From assembly GCA_964016885.1 (NCBI GenBank), contig OZ024747.1:53816001-53880000 (forward strand): a stretch of DNA of 64,000 nucleotides, written 5' to 3'. Each line of letters starts with the position of its first letter. Positions within the stretch are counted from its first letter, which is position 1. Of the stretch, positions 1 to 13,640 are shown piece after piece. The notes beneath the pieces were generated by a model, which was not told the origin of the DNA, made no database searches, and saw only the letters and a program-made list of their open reading frames with translations. The position numbers were made by a program, and so were the translations under genes. This DNA comes from Eledone cirrhosa (Eukaryota).

Positions 1-141
1 ATACACATACACACACGCATACATATAGAGACACATACATATACACATATAAATACATAGACATATACACACATATATATATATATATATACACACACAC
101 GCATACATATATATATATACATTCACAACACACGTATATAC

Positions 142-198
<57 letters not shown>

Positions 199-269
199 CG
201 CACATATCTACACACATATATAAATACACTCATGTATATACACACATACACATACATACCCACACATAA

Positions 270-301
<32 letters not shown>

Positions 302-434
302 ACATACATACACATATACACACATATATATATATATATATATACACACACATATATATATACACACACACATACACCCACATACACATACACATATATA
401 AAGATATATATACACACACACCCACATATAATAA

Positions 435-479
<45 letters not shown>

Positions 480-798
480 CACACACATACATATATATAC
501 ACACATACATACACACACATACATACTCATACATAGACATACATATATACACACACACACATACACACATACATATACGCATATATACACATACATACAC
601 ATCCATGTATGCGTATATACATACAAAACAAACACCACCACACGCTCACACAACTCAGACATACATAGATAAAGGGATATATATACACGTATATACATAT
701 ATAAATAGAGATACATATACATATATAAATATATACACACATACACACACAAACACACATACATATACATACATACATACATACATATACACACACAT

Positions 799-861
<63 letters not shown>

Positions 862-1002
862 CATATATACATATATATATATATACATATATATAAAAAA
901 AATAAAGAAATAAGATAAATAAATAAATAAATTAATTAATACACACAGTCAGACAAATATGCACACACATACATATACACATATATATACACATACACAT
1001 AC

Positions 1003-1060
<58 letters not shown>

Positions 1061-1101
1061 CTACACATACATACATATATACACACATACATACATCAAC
1101 T

Positions 1102-1163
<62 letters not shown>

Positions 1164-1510
1164 TAAAATATATATATATATATATATACACACACTCACA
1201 TATACATGCGCACATACGTACACATATACACATACACACATATACACATAGACATATACATGTGCCCACATATACATACACACATATACCCACATAAATA
1301 CATAGATACATATATATATATACACATATATATACACATATATATATATACACACATATATACACATATATATATACATATATATATATATATACACACA
1401 ATCATACACCCTTATTTACATGCGCACATATGTATTTTTATACTCACATACAAACACCCAAACATACATACCTACCTACATATACATACATACATCCACG
1501 CTTACAAATA
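1..1510. repeat. (TA)n/(CA)n mixed microsatellite tract
   Basis: Continuous tata/caca sequence; the overlapping YIYI/HTHT ORFs are artefacts. Confidence 0.95.
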
Positions 1511-2598
1511 CAAATAATAATAGTAGGGGGGGGTGGAAAAGGGGGGGGGATTATAGTAAATATAGGTTTCAAGAAACATAGAATATTAATCTGCATTTAG
1601 ATCATAATATGTGTTTACATAGTTTCAGTATTAGGAAATGTAAGAAAGAAGGCAAAATTATGCATTTCAATATAAGTATACCATTAATTATATGTTAACT
1701 AAACTAAAGATAGTTAATATATTGATTTCTAAGGTGTATACTACTTAGGTTTATAATATTTGAAGCGGAATTTTGAAGTTAAATAGTAGTAGAGTATTAA
1801 TTATAGTATAACTAAATTAAAATTATTAACTTTATGGTATCAATATTAGGAAATGAATTTAGTAATAGGGAAAAACAAATAAAGTATTACATCGGTAGTA
1901 GAATATAAATTATAGGTTAACTAAATTAAAAATTACATATTAATTTCTATAGTATATGTTAATTAGGTTTATAATAATTAAAATAGATATTGTATTTTAT
2001 CTATAGTAGAATATAATTATAGGTAAACAGAAATTAAAATTAAAATTAAAATTAATACACACACATATACATATACATATATATATACATATATATATAT
2101 ATATAAATACACATATATACACATACATATACATATTTTTTCAAAAATTGCAAAGAATATATTAACTAGGTATACATCCAAAACCTATCTCAGTCTATGA
2201 TTACATGACACTCTGCAATCCATCTGTATTAGGATATTAATTTTAAGCCAATTAAATTAAATTTTTAGGTTGACCAAATTTAAAACCAAATTATAAATAT
2301 ATTTCTAAAAATGTACATTAATTAGGTCTATAATACTAAAAATTATTTCTCTGTCATTGAATACACGATATTTTGCTATATTATATCTGTAAAGGAATTT
2401 AAATAAAAGGTTAAATAAATTAAAATTAATCTATAAATTAATTTACGAAGTATATATTAGTAATATTTAAAAGTTTTTCACAATTTATGATTACGCAATA
2501 TTTTATAATCTCATCTGTAGTAGAATTTTAATTAAATTAAATTTATAGGTTAACTAACATTTAAATTAAATTATATATTAATTTCTAAAATAATGTTA

Positions 2599-5032
2599 TT
2601 AATTAGGTTTATAATATTTAAATGTTTTTCTTAGTTTATGATTACACGATATAATTAATTCCTGTCGTTTATTTAATAGGATATCCTTAGATTTCATTAT
2701 TTCAAATAGTTCTTGGGAACATAATCTACATTCATTTCTATTATTTTGATAAGGGGTGGCTCTTTTGAGCACACTCCAGGTCAAATCATATTCTATATTC
2801 TTATTTTTATAACTATTGATTTTTTCTGCTAGAGATGTTGTATTAGCCAGTGCGGCATTTTTAAAACTATGTTTGTGGGTATTAAACCTTGCCTTAAAAT
2901 TGTTAGAAGTAGCTCCTATATATGAGCAAATAGAATCTTTAGTTTTAACATTACATTTATAAACTATGTTGTTAACAAGACAATTTCCTTTTAATGGGCA
3001 GTTTGCTTTGTTTCTACAGTTACAACTTTTTGTTAATTCTGTATTTGAGGAGATATTATGGTTAGTTTGATGTATTGGTGGTATACTTATGGTATTCTTA
3101 CATTTATATGCATTATAGGCACTTATATTTTGTTTTATGTTATTTGTTGTTGAGTATGAGAATTTAACTGTAGACCTATTTAAGATTTGATGGTATTTGT
3201 GGTTTTGCGGGAAGTTTTTCTCTAGGATATAAAAATTTTTTTTAGCTATATTATCCTTAATTTGTAAATTAAATGGAGCATTATACCAAGTAACCCGTCT
3301 ATTACGGTTTCTATGTTGTTTATTATTTTTATAGGTTGTATCGTGATGTTTACTAGGAGGATTAATGTTAATGATCTCACCACGCACATTTTTAGTTAGA
3401 TTTGTAGATTTAGGTGTTTTATCTTGTTTATTAGGAGTTTTATTATTAACATTTATTAGAGTTGTATGATGAGTAGTTTTTTGAGAGTTACTATACTTTA
3501 TATTAGAAGAGTTGGTATTTTGGGGTATAGTGTGGGTGGCATTTAGGTGTGTACTTTTCATTTGGTGTTTGTTGGTAATATTAGGTTGTATGTTTATAGT
3601 ATTTTTAGTAGAAGGTATATATTCTAATCTATTTTTGTGGCCACTTCTATCTAGAGCTTCGTTATAGAAGGTCGCATTTTTATCAAATACATCTTGGTTA
3701 GAAGAAAGGTTAGAAATTCTAAGTGATATATTATATGCAAGGTTTTTAAGGATAGATTTAGGGTGATTAGATTGTGAGTGTATGTAGTGTAAGTTTTGGT
3801 TGGGTTTATGATAAGGTTGGTAGATACCCGTAGCTAAGTCTAAAGTTATATCTAGGAAATTTACTACTTTACTTGTTTTTTCAAAAGTAATATGAAGACT
3901 ATAATAGTCTTTAAGGAAAGTTCTAATATGCTTTTTGTTTTTTTCTATTTCTGAAAGGCTAAGGTTGTTGGAAAGAAGAAGACAGTCATCACGATATAAA
4001 CCACCTTTAAGGTGGGGAAAGGAGGCATTTATGTTGAAAAGGAGAAAGAGGCCCACAAGATCAGTAATTTGGGCGGAATCACTTGAACCCATAGTAATAT
4101 CAAATAGATTACTATATGTGTTTCTGGTCCAGTATTCATTCTGAAATTCAATAAGTGTTAGTCTAGCATGTGTAATAATATTAATGTCATCCAAAGTTAA
4201 GTTAGATCTATTTTTAGCAAATATCAATGCTTTGTTCAGGAGTATAGGTGATATAGAAGAATAGTAATTATCTATATCAAATTGTAGAAATGAAGCAGAA
4301 GATTTACATCTAATATTTTTAAACCAGTTAATTACCTGGGAAGTGTTTTCCCAGAGTGGTAAAATAACGTGTTTTCTTATTTGTGGGGTGACTCTATCCA
4401 AAATGTTTTTGCTAATTATTCCAATATCAGATTTGGAGGGACATATAAGTCTTATAGAAGGATTTGAGTTAAAGTTTGATTTATGATCCTTCAGGTTGAA
4501 GTGTGGTCTTTTCAATGCCAAAGGTTCAGTTCTATCTTCAATGTTTAGTTTTTTTTACTATGTTGTGTGTTTTGTTGTTGATGTTGGTGAGTGACGCATT
4601 ATTAGATTTTTTATAATTTTTCCTGAGTTCTTTATATATGAACTCATTATAATCTTCAATATCCATGTGATACAAATTACCAGTTTTGTCCGAGTGGACA
4701 TGGATTTTTTTAGACTTTTTTAGGTCCAATAGGGTAGAATCAAGGTCCTTTTGAAAGACAGATTTATACTTTTCAAATTTGAGGTGTTTAATTAAATTAA
4801 AAAGGTCTTTCTCAAAGTCTTCAAGCAAAGAGTTGTGTGGTGGATTCTTGTAAGTATTGAAATCATACATATATTTCCTATCTGCATATTTAGATTTTTT
4901 ATCGAAGTGGTAGGCCCTCCATCTAACCCTTCTGATAAATTGGTTAGTTTTTTGAATCATAAGGAGTAAGAAATCATCCTTAGAAGGTATTGGTATGTTC
5001 TTTAAAGAGGTTCCCAAATATTGTTTTTCCAT
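2599..5032 (-). CDS. PLE reverse transcriptase / GIY-YIG endonuclease, about 810 aa, interrupted by one frameshift at 4549-4556
   Basis: Motifs SLKNIP, LKDHK, FDIDNYYSSI, MGSSDSAQITDL, YRDD, FLDITL, YIHSQSNHP, CNCRNKANC (CxCx5C), VYKC...YIGAT..FKAR, CRLC, LLNKRQE. Removing one A from the A8 run joins the two ORFs (..IVKKLNIEDRTEPLALKR..). Confidence 0.92.
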
Positions 5033-5382
5033 TGTGATATGGATGATGGACAATTGAAAGAGCTCAACTAAATGTATATGGGTTTACAAAATCATACATA
5101 TATATGTATATACATAAATATAAAATTAACACACACATACAGTACAAAAATACGAATATTTCCGTGAAAATAGGAGCAAAATTATGTAGATAAATCTACC
5201 AAGAGTTTACGGTAGTGTCCAATCCGTATGAATAACTCAATGTAATCCGGATATCATGGAAAGAAGAGATGCAATGAAAAATCACTTTCGGTGAAAGATA
5301 AACGGAATACAGAGTCAAGATAAAATATTTAAAAAATAATGAATAAAACAATGAAACAGTTCCTTATATTAAACAAAAAAAG

Positions 5383-5537
5383 TTCATTATTTAACGATCG
5401 TTTCTAGGATATATATGTGTTAGAATTGGCATGCATATTCAACAGATCTATGTACAAAATTATACAAAATTATACAAACTATCAAAATTAAATATACATA
5501 CCAAACACACATATATGCCGTCTTCAGAAATAATGAA
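5383..5537 (-). ncRNA. Type I hammerhead ribozyme with long stem II (sense with the PLE ORF)
   Basis: Reverse complement of the motif at 6096-6250. Confidence 0.8.
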
Positions 5538-6095
5538 ATATATTTATTGATAATAACAACAATTCAAAATTACAGGTCTGTTTGGGAGCAGAGTTCAAAT
5601 TGACCAATGAAAATACAAAAAGTTTATACAGTTAGGTGTGTGTATATATATGTAAGTAACTTCGTTCACAGATATGCATAAAGATATATGTCCACATGCA
5701 TACGCATGCCAAAAAGATGTATGTAAATACAAAAATTCAAGGCTAATGTCTCTGTATGTTTATAATCTACAGATAAAATACGTATGCACATATAAATATA
5801 AAATAAATATATACACACATATATATTTATTTTATATTTATATGTGCATACGTATTTTATCTGTAGATTATAAACATACAGAGACATTAGCCTTGAATTT
5901 TTGTATTTACATACATCTTTTTGGCATGCGTATGCATGTGGACATATATCTTTATGCATATCTGTGAACGAAGTTACTTACATATATATACACACACCTA
6001 ACTGTATAAACTTTTTGTATTTTCATTGGTCAATTTGAACTCTGCTCCCAAACAGACCTGTAATTTTGAATTGTTGTTATTATCAATAAATATAT

Positions 6096-6250
6096 TTCAT
6101 TATTTCTGAAGACGGCATATATGTGTGTTTGGTATGTATATTTAATTTTGATAGTTTGTATAATTTTGTATAATTTTGTACATAGATCTGTTGAATATGC
6201 ATGCCAATTCTAACACATATATATCCTAGAAACGATCGTTAAATAATGAA
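6096..6250 (+). ncRNA. Type I hammerhead ribozyme with long stem II
   Basis: ttcattattt-CTGAAGA-[116 nt stem II]-GAAA-cgatcg-TT-aaataatgaa: 10-bp stem I, palindromic stem III, GUU cleavage triplet. Confidence 0.8.
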
Positions 6251-6310
6251 CTTTTTTTGTTTAATATAAGAAACTGTTTCATTGTTTTATTCATTATTTT
6301 TTTAATATTT

Positions 6311-6347
<37 letters not shown>

Positions 6348-6619
6348 ATATATGATATTCCAGTCCCGCAACCCTCTATTAAATTGCGATAAATTTTATC
6401 ACAAACAACCCTATCACGATATCTCCACCATCACTCTAACGCAACGCTAAAATCTCCACACCACCGTCAATCCACCACCAACACACCACCAGCTCTCAGC
6501 CCTCATCGCCTCACACTGCCACCAACTCATCTAAATTTCATTCAATTAATAAACCTCATTCTACATGGGCAACGTATCACTTTCTGCATTGTGTGTATCG
6601 GTGCGGGTGTATACGATGC

Positions 6620-6676
6620 CTGTGTTTATATATGTATATATACATATATACATTTCATGCATACATACTTATATAA

Positions 6677-6734
<58 letters not shown>

Positions 6735-7391
6735 GTGTGTGTGTGTGTGTGTGTGTGTTATATGTGTGTTCTGCTATGAGTGCTGATTGTGTGTACTGTA
6801 TGCCGTGTATGTATTCCAGTGTGTGTGTGTATGGTGCCTGTATATAAATATATATATATATGTGTGTGTGTGTGTGTTCTACTGATTGGGTCTACTGTAT
6901 GTCATGTATGTGTCACAGTGTGGTGTGTATGTGTTGTCTGAGTCTCTGTGTGACTATCGGGGATGAAATTTTCAATGTCGAATCGTGTTTTGAATTGCAA
7001 AATCCTTTTACAAATGTTTATGCAAAACCGTGTCGTACGCTAGGGACATCTTTTATAAACAGTATCTCTGGCCGTCAGTTCCGTGAGAAGGAAAAGCTAC
7101 AAAAAATGGAGAGCAAAACAGGCTAGGGAAGGGGAGAGGAGACAATCTAGGCTCAATGTTGAAAAAAATTGATTCTCTCACACACTCTCTCCCCTTTAAT
7201 AAAAAAAATAAAAGGTAGGGGCTTAAACAGGGTAGGGTGAGTGAAAAACAAAACAATCAAAATCATTACTGCACTGGAACCCTCATGTGTATATACTCAC
7301 ATACTTATACACACATTTATGTGTGTGTATATACTCACATACTTATACACACATTTATGTGTGTGTATATATATATATATGTGTATATAAG

Positions 7392-7422
<31 letters not shown>

Positions 7423-7698
7423 ATATATATATGTATATAAGTATATATATATGTGTGCGTGTATATATATATGTATATAAGTATATATATATATATATGT
7501 GTATGTGTGTGTGTATATATATATATGTATATACATATATATGTGTATATATATATATATATATATGTGTATATATATATATATATATGTGTATATATAT
7601 ATGTATATATATATGTATATATATGTATATATATATGTATATATATGTATATAGATGTATATATATATTTCCGTATATATGTATATATATATATATAC

Positions 7699-7784
<86 letters not shown>

Positions 7785-8281
7785 GTATATATATATATAA
7801 GTATATATATACATATATATATGTGTGTGTATAAGCGTGTACGCATGAATATGTGTTTATATATATATAAACATATATTCATGCATACACACTTATATAC
7901 ATACACACACATAAAAATATATTTATATGTATATATACTTACATATATATATTTATACATAAATATATATATACTAACCCACACACAAACACACACATAT
8001 ATATATATTTAGTTAATGAGAGTGCGCGAAAAAACGAGAGTTGGAGGCGTACCATCGTGCATAAATATAAACATACATAGCACACATAGATTCAATAATA
8101 CAATATTTGGCTTTCATTTCCAAGATAAAGAAAGACATATTTGACATAGAGACAAGAAAGTGTGTGATGTGTGTTTTAGCATTAATGAGCCATCACATAT
8201 CTCTCTAGTGCAACCCCACTCCATAAATATAAACATATATATGTGTGTATGTATGTATGTGTATATACATATATATATATC

Positions 8282-8347
<66 letters not shown>

Positions 8348-8360
8348 TATACATGAATTT
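6620..8360. repeat. (TA)/(TG) microsatellite-rich region
   Basis: Long TA/TG runs with short unique gaps. Confidence 0.9.
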
Positions 8361-8682
8361 TAATATCAGCAACAGTAGTGTGCAAACTTGTACAAACAAA
8401 AACGAGATTATTCAATTCTACTAATTCAGTAAATTTTGTTTAGGTTTCTTATCTCAAAAACAACAAAAAAATTTCAAAATGTCAGACGACTACTTTCCCG
8501 GTTTTGTCTTTAAAAACATTTTCCTGTTCATTTCGTTGAATCTCCATCAATATCATAGAAAGTGTATGTCTTGTAATGTTTGTTTCCATTCGCTGCGCTC
8601 AACTTTCAAATCTCGCCAGGATTTGTCTTTCATTCTTTCGGGACCAATAATTAAATCACAAATACAAATCGATACGAAATTC

Positions 8683-8970
8683 GAGTAGATTAATGGGTAG
8701 TGTGTTTGACTGACAATTGTAAATCTGTGAGTTCGATTCCCAGATGCATATGTATTTCTACTTGAGTGAGGCACATGCGTTTCACGTCAGCTGAAAAATG
8801 GCTGTACAAAGGGTGGACTTATCCCATAAGGTGTCACGTTGAATCTCCTCGAGAACTACGTCAAGGCAGTTCGTGTCTTTGGAATACTCAACCACTTGCA
8901 CGTTAATTTCACGAGCAGTGTGTTTCGAACAACTAGAACACTCGTCATCAGAAGCGACGGAAGTCCAACA
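8683..8970 (+). mobile_element. Degenerate tRNA-derived SINE (family C)
   Basis: B-box-like gagttcgattcc; body tgtcacgttgaatctcc..gagaactacg..cacgttaatttcacgagcag matches the minus-strand copy at 26562-26880. Confidence 0.65.
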
Positions 8971-9309
8971 TAAGAGAACAGTGGCTTGGCAAAATTATTT
9001 AAGTCTCAGGTGTAATTTGACCCCTTATTTCCTTAGTTTACCTGCGACATCATTGGTGTCAATCTGTATTGGTCCTTGCCTTTATTGTAGATAACATCGC
9101 TAATGGGGGAAAGGAGAGACTTGTATGCATGGTAAACTGCTGCTTCTTTACAAAAATCCTTTCTCAGATAGGAATTTTCCGAATGTAGGCATATGGTGTC
9201 ACAAGACTAACGACTGCCAAGGACTATATATTAACACACACACACATACATCTATGTATTTCGAATACATTTTTGACCAGCCGCCTTCCTGGTGGCAAGG
9301 TTGTAAAAG

Positions 9310-10135
9310 AAAAGAAATTGTCATTCCTTGAATCACAAGAATGTTTTGCAAATTTTGAAGGTGCCAGCTATCGCAGCCATTTGTACTCTCTGAATTAGGG
9401 AGCTGCGCTCTTTCTCCACAAATCCAAGTTCAGCTATACTTTAGTCAAAGCGAGTTGGTATATAACCTGTAGCTCCAATAATGATGGGTATGAAACTGAA
9501 GGTGTGTCTTGGATACTGCATCTGTAACTCCTCATCAATGGTCCTTAGATGCCCTCCTTCTCTTGTATTTTTCTTACAACGTTGACTTCAAGTGGGCAGC
9601 TGATCTCTACGACAGAGCACGTTTTCAATGTGTGGTCCCAAACAACAATATTAGGCCGGTTGTGCTTTAATTTGGTGGCAGTTTTTGTTTCCAGGTTCCA
9701 CCAGTATTCCTTAGTGCCATCTATCTCAACATATTCCTCCTCTTTTGTTTTTAATTTTGTTTCCCTAATTGCGCTCAAGATGGCTCTAGCTATCACACCG
9801 TGACTAATAGGGAAATAGTAGCGAGACGACATTCGTTCGCAGTTGGCAACAATGTGGCTAACAACTTCGATCTTTGTTTTACAAAGCCTACATTTATTGT
9901 CGATTGATGGCCCTCCTTTTTTGTGTAGCAGGTATTTGGTAGGGATTTCTTGTTCCTGTATTACATAAAAATATCCTTCAAGGTGGAATGTCACAAACTT
10001 GGAACTCCATGCCAAGCTTTTTGAATGATGAATCCTCTCTATGGTCTGTGTTTTTCATCTCAGGTACCCATGCACAACTTTCTCTGGAAATTGGTCCATT
10101 TTTTTAATCTTGTTCGAACATTGAAGAGGTGCAAA
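9310..10135 (-). mobile_element. 3' fragment of an RLE-type non-LTR retrotransposon (R4/Dong-like)
   Basis: CRLCK..EVVSHIVANC zinc knuckle followed by HNRPNIVVWD...VVEISCP (degenerate PD-(D/E)xK endonuclease). Confidence 0.8.
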
Positions 10136-10139
10136 CAGC

Positions 10140-13100
10140 AAGGTCATTATGTACCCCTCCCACATGGGAAAACGAACAGTTCGTGTCTGCATTCCCGGGA
10201 TTCCACCAGGGCTTGATATGTGGTGGCTCCTGGGATGTGTGATTGTGGAGGGGACGGATACCGTCCCGATTGAGGTTATAAGGACTGCCAGGGAGGACTG
10301 GTCCGGGGTTGACCTGGAGATACTTCTCCAGCTCAGGCCTGGGGATGTAAAAAGAATCCCGGACCACATCCGTCTCCAGAACGGGACGGTGTTACATATA
10401 ATGACTGAGGGCAAAATGCCGCATTGTTTCGGAGTCGGACGGCCAGACTTCTTTAGGCGCCTGGAAGCCTTTCTGGGTACGTCTCGCCCTTTACTCTTAG
10501 TGAGTGACTGGAACGAGTCTTAGACGCACGCTGGGATTTTGTGGGAGTAGCTGATAGAAGCGGGGTGGGGGTGTGTGTGCAAAAGCCTCAAGTACCTGAT
10601 CAGCCAGTTCCAACTGTCTGATAGGTACCGACTAGATTTCCCAAATGCGCCAGTGTGGAGCTGGACTAACCGCATAGGGTCATCTAGATCGTATATAGAC
10701 AGAGTTTTCATTAGGAAAATAGATCGAAATAATGTAGGCTGTCCACGTTTTAAAACGGTCGCCTATTCAGATCACAATTTTGTGACATGTATGGCCTACC
10801 TAGAAAAGATGCATAGGTTAGGACTTAGTTACTGGAAGCTGAAATGTCTTCCGGCACGTAAGGCTTACAAGGACCAGGTCAACAATTTAGTTAAGCAAAA
10901 GTTAACAGGCGGGGATCGTCAACATCAGATGGTGATGGGCTCTCAAGAGAGAGATTAGAGTAACTTCGATAGGGTTTAGCGAAGGAGTAGCGTTAGAAAA
11001 AATAGAAAGGAGAGGGAGCTGGTAGATAAGTTAGACGAAACTATTTGTAATGGCATTGCAACGGACGTGCTAGCTGCAAGAATGGCATTGGACCATTTCT
11101 TCAATGTGAAATACGAAGGTTGCATTGTCAGAGCTACGTCGCATGCTCTGATAAACGAGGGAACCAAAGCTGTACGATGGGCTCGCGCGGCAGAGATGCA
11201 GCGTGGTAATAAAACCACAATTCGGTCTTTGACGGACCGAGACGGACAAGAGCTGAGCAATTCCAGGCGTATGTGTGAGGCCTTTCGGCAGCACTTTTTT
11301 CGTGAGGAGTGGTGGCTTAGAGACGGTAGCGGACTTCAGTCCCTATCTCGACGGCCGATGTTGAACGCTGCGAAAGACAGTTAACTTCAGCCGAAATTCA
11401 GTATGCCCTTGTCGGCTGCACAAAGCGCAAGTCACCCGGTTTGGATGGTCTGCTCTACGTAAATATGCCAGACTTTACTGCAACTGGCAACAGAACAGGA
11501 GTATTCCCAGTTCTGTGTGCCGGGGCGTAGTGACGCTGATAAGAAAAGCCGAGAACATGAGGGACACATTAGATAACTTCAGACCCATAACTCTGCTCAA
11601 CACAAAGTTTAAGGTTTTGGCCAAGGTGTTCGCGAAGAGGTTGGCGCTTGTTGTCAAGGATTTGGTTGGGGAGGCGCAAACTTGCGCAATCTCGACCAGG
11701 TCCATACACGACAGACTCCACCTCATGTGATACATCATAGAGAGAGAGTAGGGTGTAAACCTGGCTTCGGTGGGGCTCTTATCAATTTAGATTAATCGAA
11801 AGCATTCGATAGGGTCGACTATCGGTACCTGGAGGCTGTCCTTCAGAAGCTGGATCGCTACAATGCACAGCGGCATCAGATCACTTGATCGGTCTGTCAA
11901 GGGTGCTCTCTTTCCTCCTTTCTGTACATATTGATTCTCGAGCCTTTACTGCGGAAGCTGGAGCTGTTGCAGGGCATCCCGCTCGAACCAGGTCATGGAA
12001 AGGCTCTGTTGGCTTATGCGGACGACATCACCGTGATGGTGTCGAACACTGCGGAAATCGAGGTGGTTGGCACCTTATTGGAGGAATATGAAAGGTTGAC
12101 GGGAGCGAAACTTAACCTGGAAAAGTCGGTGGATTTGCATCTCAGCATCTGGAGAGGCAAGTCCATGCCATCCAACAGCGTCATTGGTCACTGGACGGAC
12201 GGACCGGTAAAGTTGCTCGGAGTTTGGTTCAGACCAGACCCCCATGTGGATAACAATTGGGACGAGGTGACGATCAGGGCAGCCAGTCTCACCCAGAAAT
12301 GGGCTGCAGGGCCTTTCTGCAGCTTGTCTCTTTGACTGAGCTGCAGTCCTGGGTCAAGAAGAGACCGAAACTGGGTGACTGGCATCTGGAATGTTCCCAG
12401 GCACTCACTGCCCTCTACCAGACGGGCAATGCGTTCGGTGGAACTTCCACTCTTGAGTTCTATAGAGGATTAGTGGTGGGTAAGTGCGACGACGCACTCG
12501 GAGAGGCTCTGGGCGTCGACGAGGTCGAACTAACCAATCTGGTTCGGAGGACTTTCGAGCCGGGGACGATGGATAAGTTCCAGAAATCGCCTGCTAGGCA
12601 GTGTAACCGGGGGGCACTGCCGGTTCGAGATGACTCTACAGGCACGGAAGTATTGTTAGATGGATCTGCCAGAGATGTGCGCAGAGCGACGAAACCGTTC
12701 TGCACGCACTTGTCCAGTGTCCGTGCATTACTGACTTGTGGAGTTTTGTCGAACAGATGTTGTCGCGTGTAGAGCGGATTCAGCTATCGGCCGAGTCCAC
12801 AATGAAGATCGACACGCCACCTTCTTTTGGCCAGGAAGGGCAGGAAACTTTCCCTGTCTGGTGGAAGTAGCGAAAGAGGTTGTAGGGTGGACCAGGTTGA
12901 AATGATTGAAGACAGACACTTTTCTCTTCGGCCAAACCCTCATCAACTTTTTTTCAAATTTCACTTGGAAAGAAGGTGAGGGTGGAGAGAGAAATGCTGC
13001 CCCTCAGGACATTTGCTGAAAGGTGAGTGAATGTGACGAGAATGGTCCGTGTGAGAGGGCCTACTGTGATCACGCGCCTGTAGGCTGGTGAATTTGAGGC

Positions 13101-13335
13101 GGAATGTGGTGTTCTTCTCGGGTGCCCTGGAAGCGTTAGGAGGTTCAGGATTGTTGGGGTACTTGAGTCAACTCTGGGTGGTTATCCCCCCTAGTGGAGA
13201 GTTTTCATTGTTGTATTTTTTTAAATTTTGTTATTGTTATTTATAATTTTTACACGTTGTATATGTAAACCCCACTGTCCCTGTCTATTGCATCGTCGCC
13301 TATATGTCGGCCCTGGTGGCCAATAAATGAAACTT
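10140..13335 (+). mobile_element. Decayed L1/Tx1-clade LINE (ORF1 fragment, APE, RT, C-terminus, 3' UTR)
   Basis: SYIDRVF...SDH (APE), FRPITLLN..K..AK, YADDIT, LLGVWF; many stops and frameshifts; ends ggccctggtggccaataaatgaaac + (att)n. Confidence 0.9.
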
Positions 13336-13352
13336 TTATTATCATTATTATT

Positions 13353-13555
13353 AGTGGATTGGCAGTATCGGTAGAGGGTCGGACGCCATGCTATGACGCA
13401 GAGTTACGGCCCTTGCCATTCTGAGTTCAAATCCGCCGAGGTTAACTTTGCCTTTCATCCTTACGGGGTCGATAAAATAAAGTACCAGTAATGCACTGGG
13501 TAATTGCTGGCCTTGTGCCAAAAAGTAGAAACAATTATTATTATTATTATTATTA
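13353..13555 (+). mobile_element. tRNA-derived SINE with Nin/Deu-like core (family A)
   Basis: A box tggcagtatcgg, B box gagttcaaatcc, core gcctttcatccttacggggtcgataaaataaagtacc, (att)n tail. Confidence 0.9.
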
Positions 13556-13640
13556 TATGCATACATATATATATGGTATATATATATTTCTTCATTATTG
13601 TCGTTTAAAACATCCGCTTTCCCTGCGAGCAAGGTATATA

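Larger units (their letters stand above)
1520..6313 (-). mobile_element. Penelope-like retroelement (Naiad-type), near full length, with inverted 5' pLTR pair
   Basis: RT+GIY-YIG ORF at 2599-5032, upstream hammerhead-containing pLTR duplicated as a palindrome (5320-6313), ends in (TA)n. The left boundary is approximate. Confidence 0.9.
5320..6313. repeat. Near-perfect palindrome (inverted pLTRs), 494-bp arms, 6-nt spacer
   Basis: 5320-5813 is the reverse complement of 5820-6313 with about 2 mismatches; spacer cacaca. Confidence 0.97.

Noticed and set aside
123-1517. Long [12 protein letters not shown] ORFs here and throughout the window
   Set aside because: Translations of dinucleotide microsatellites, which lack stop codons.
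5666-5967. Near-identical 97-aa ORFs on both strands
   Set aside because: A by-product of the palindrome.
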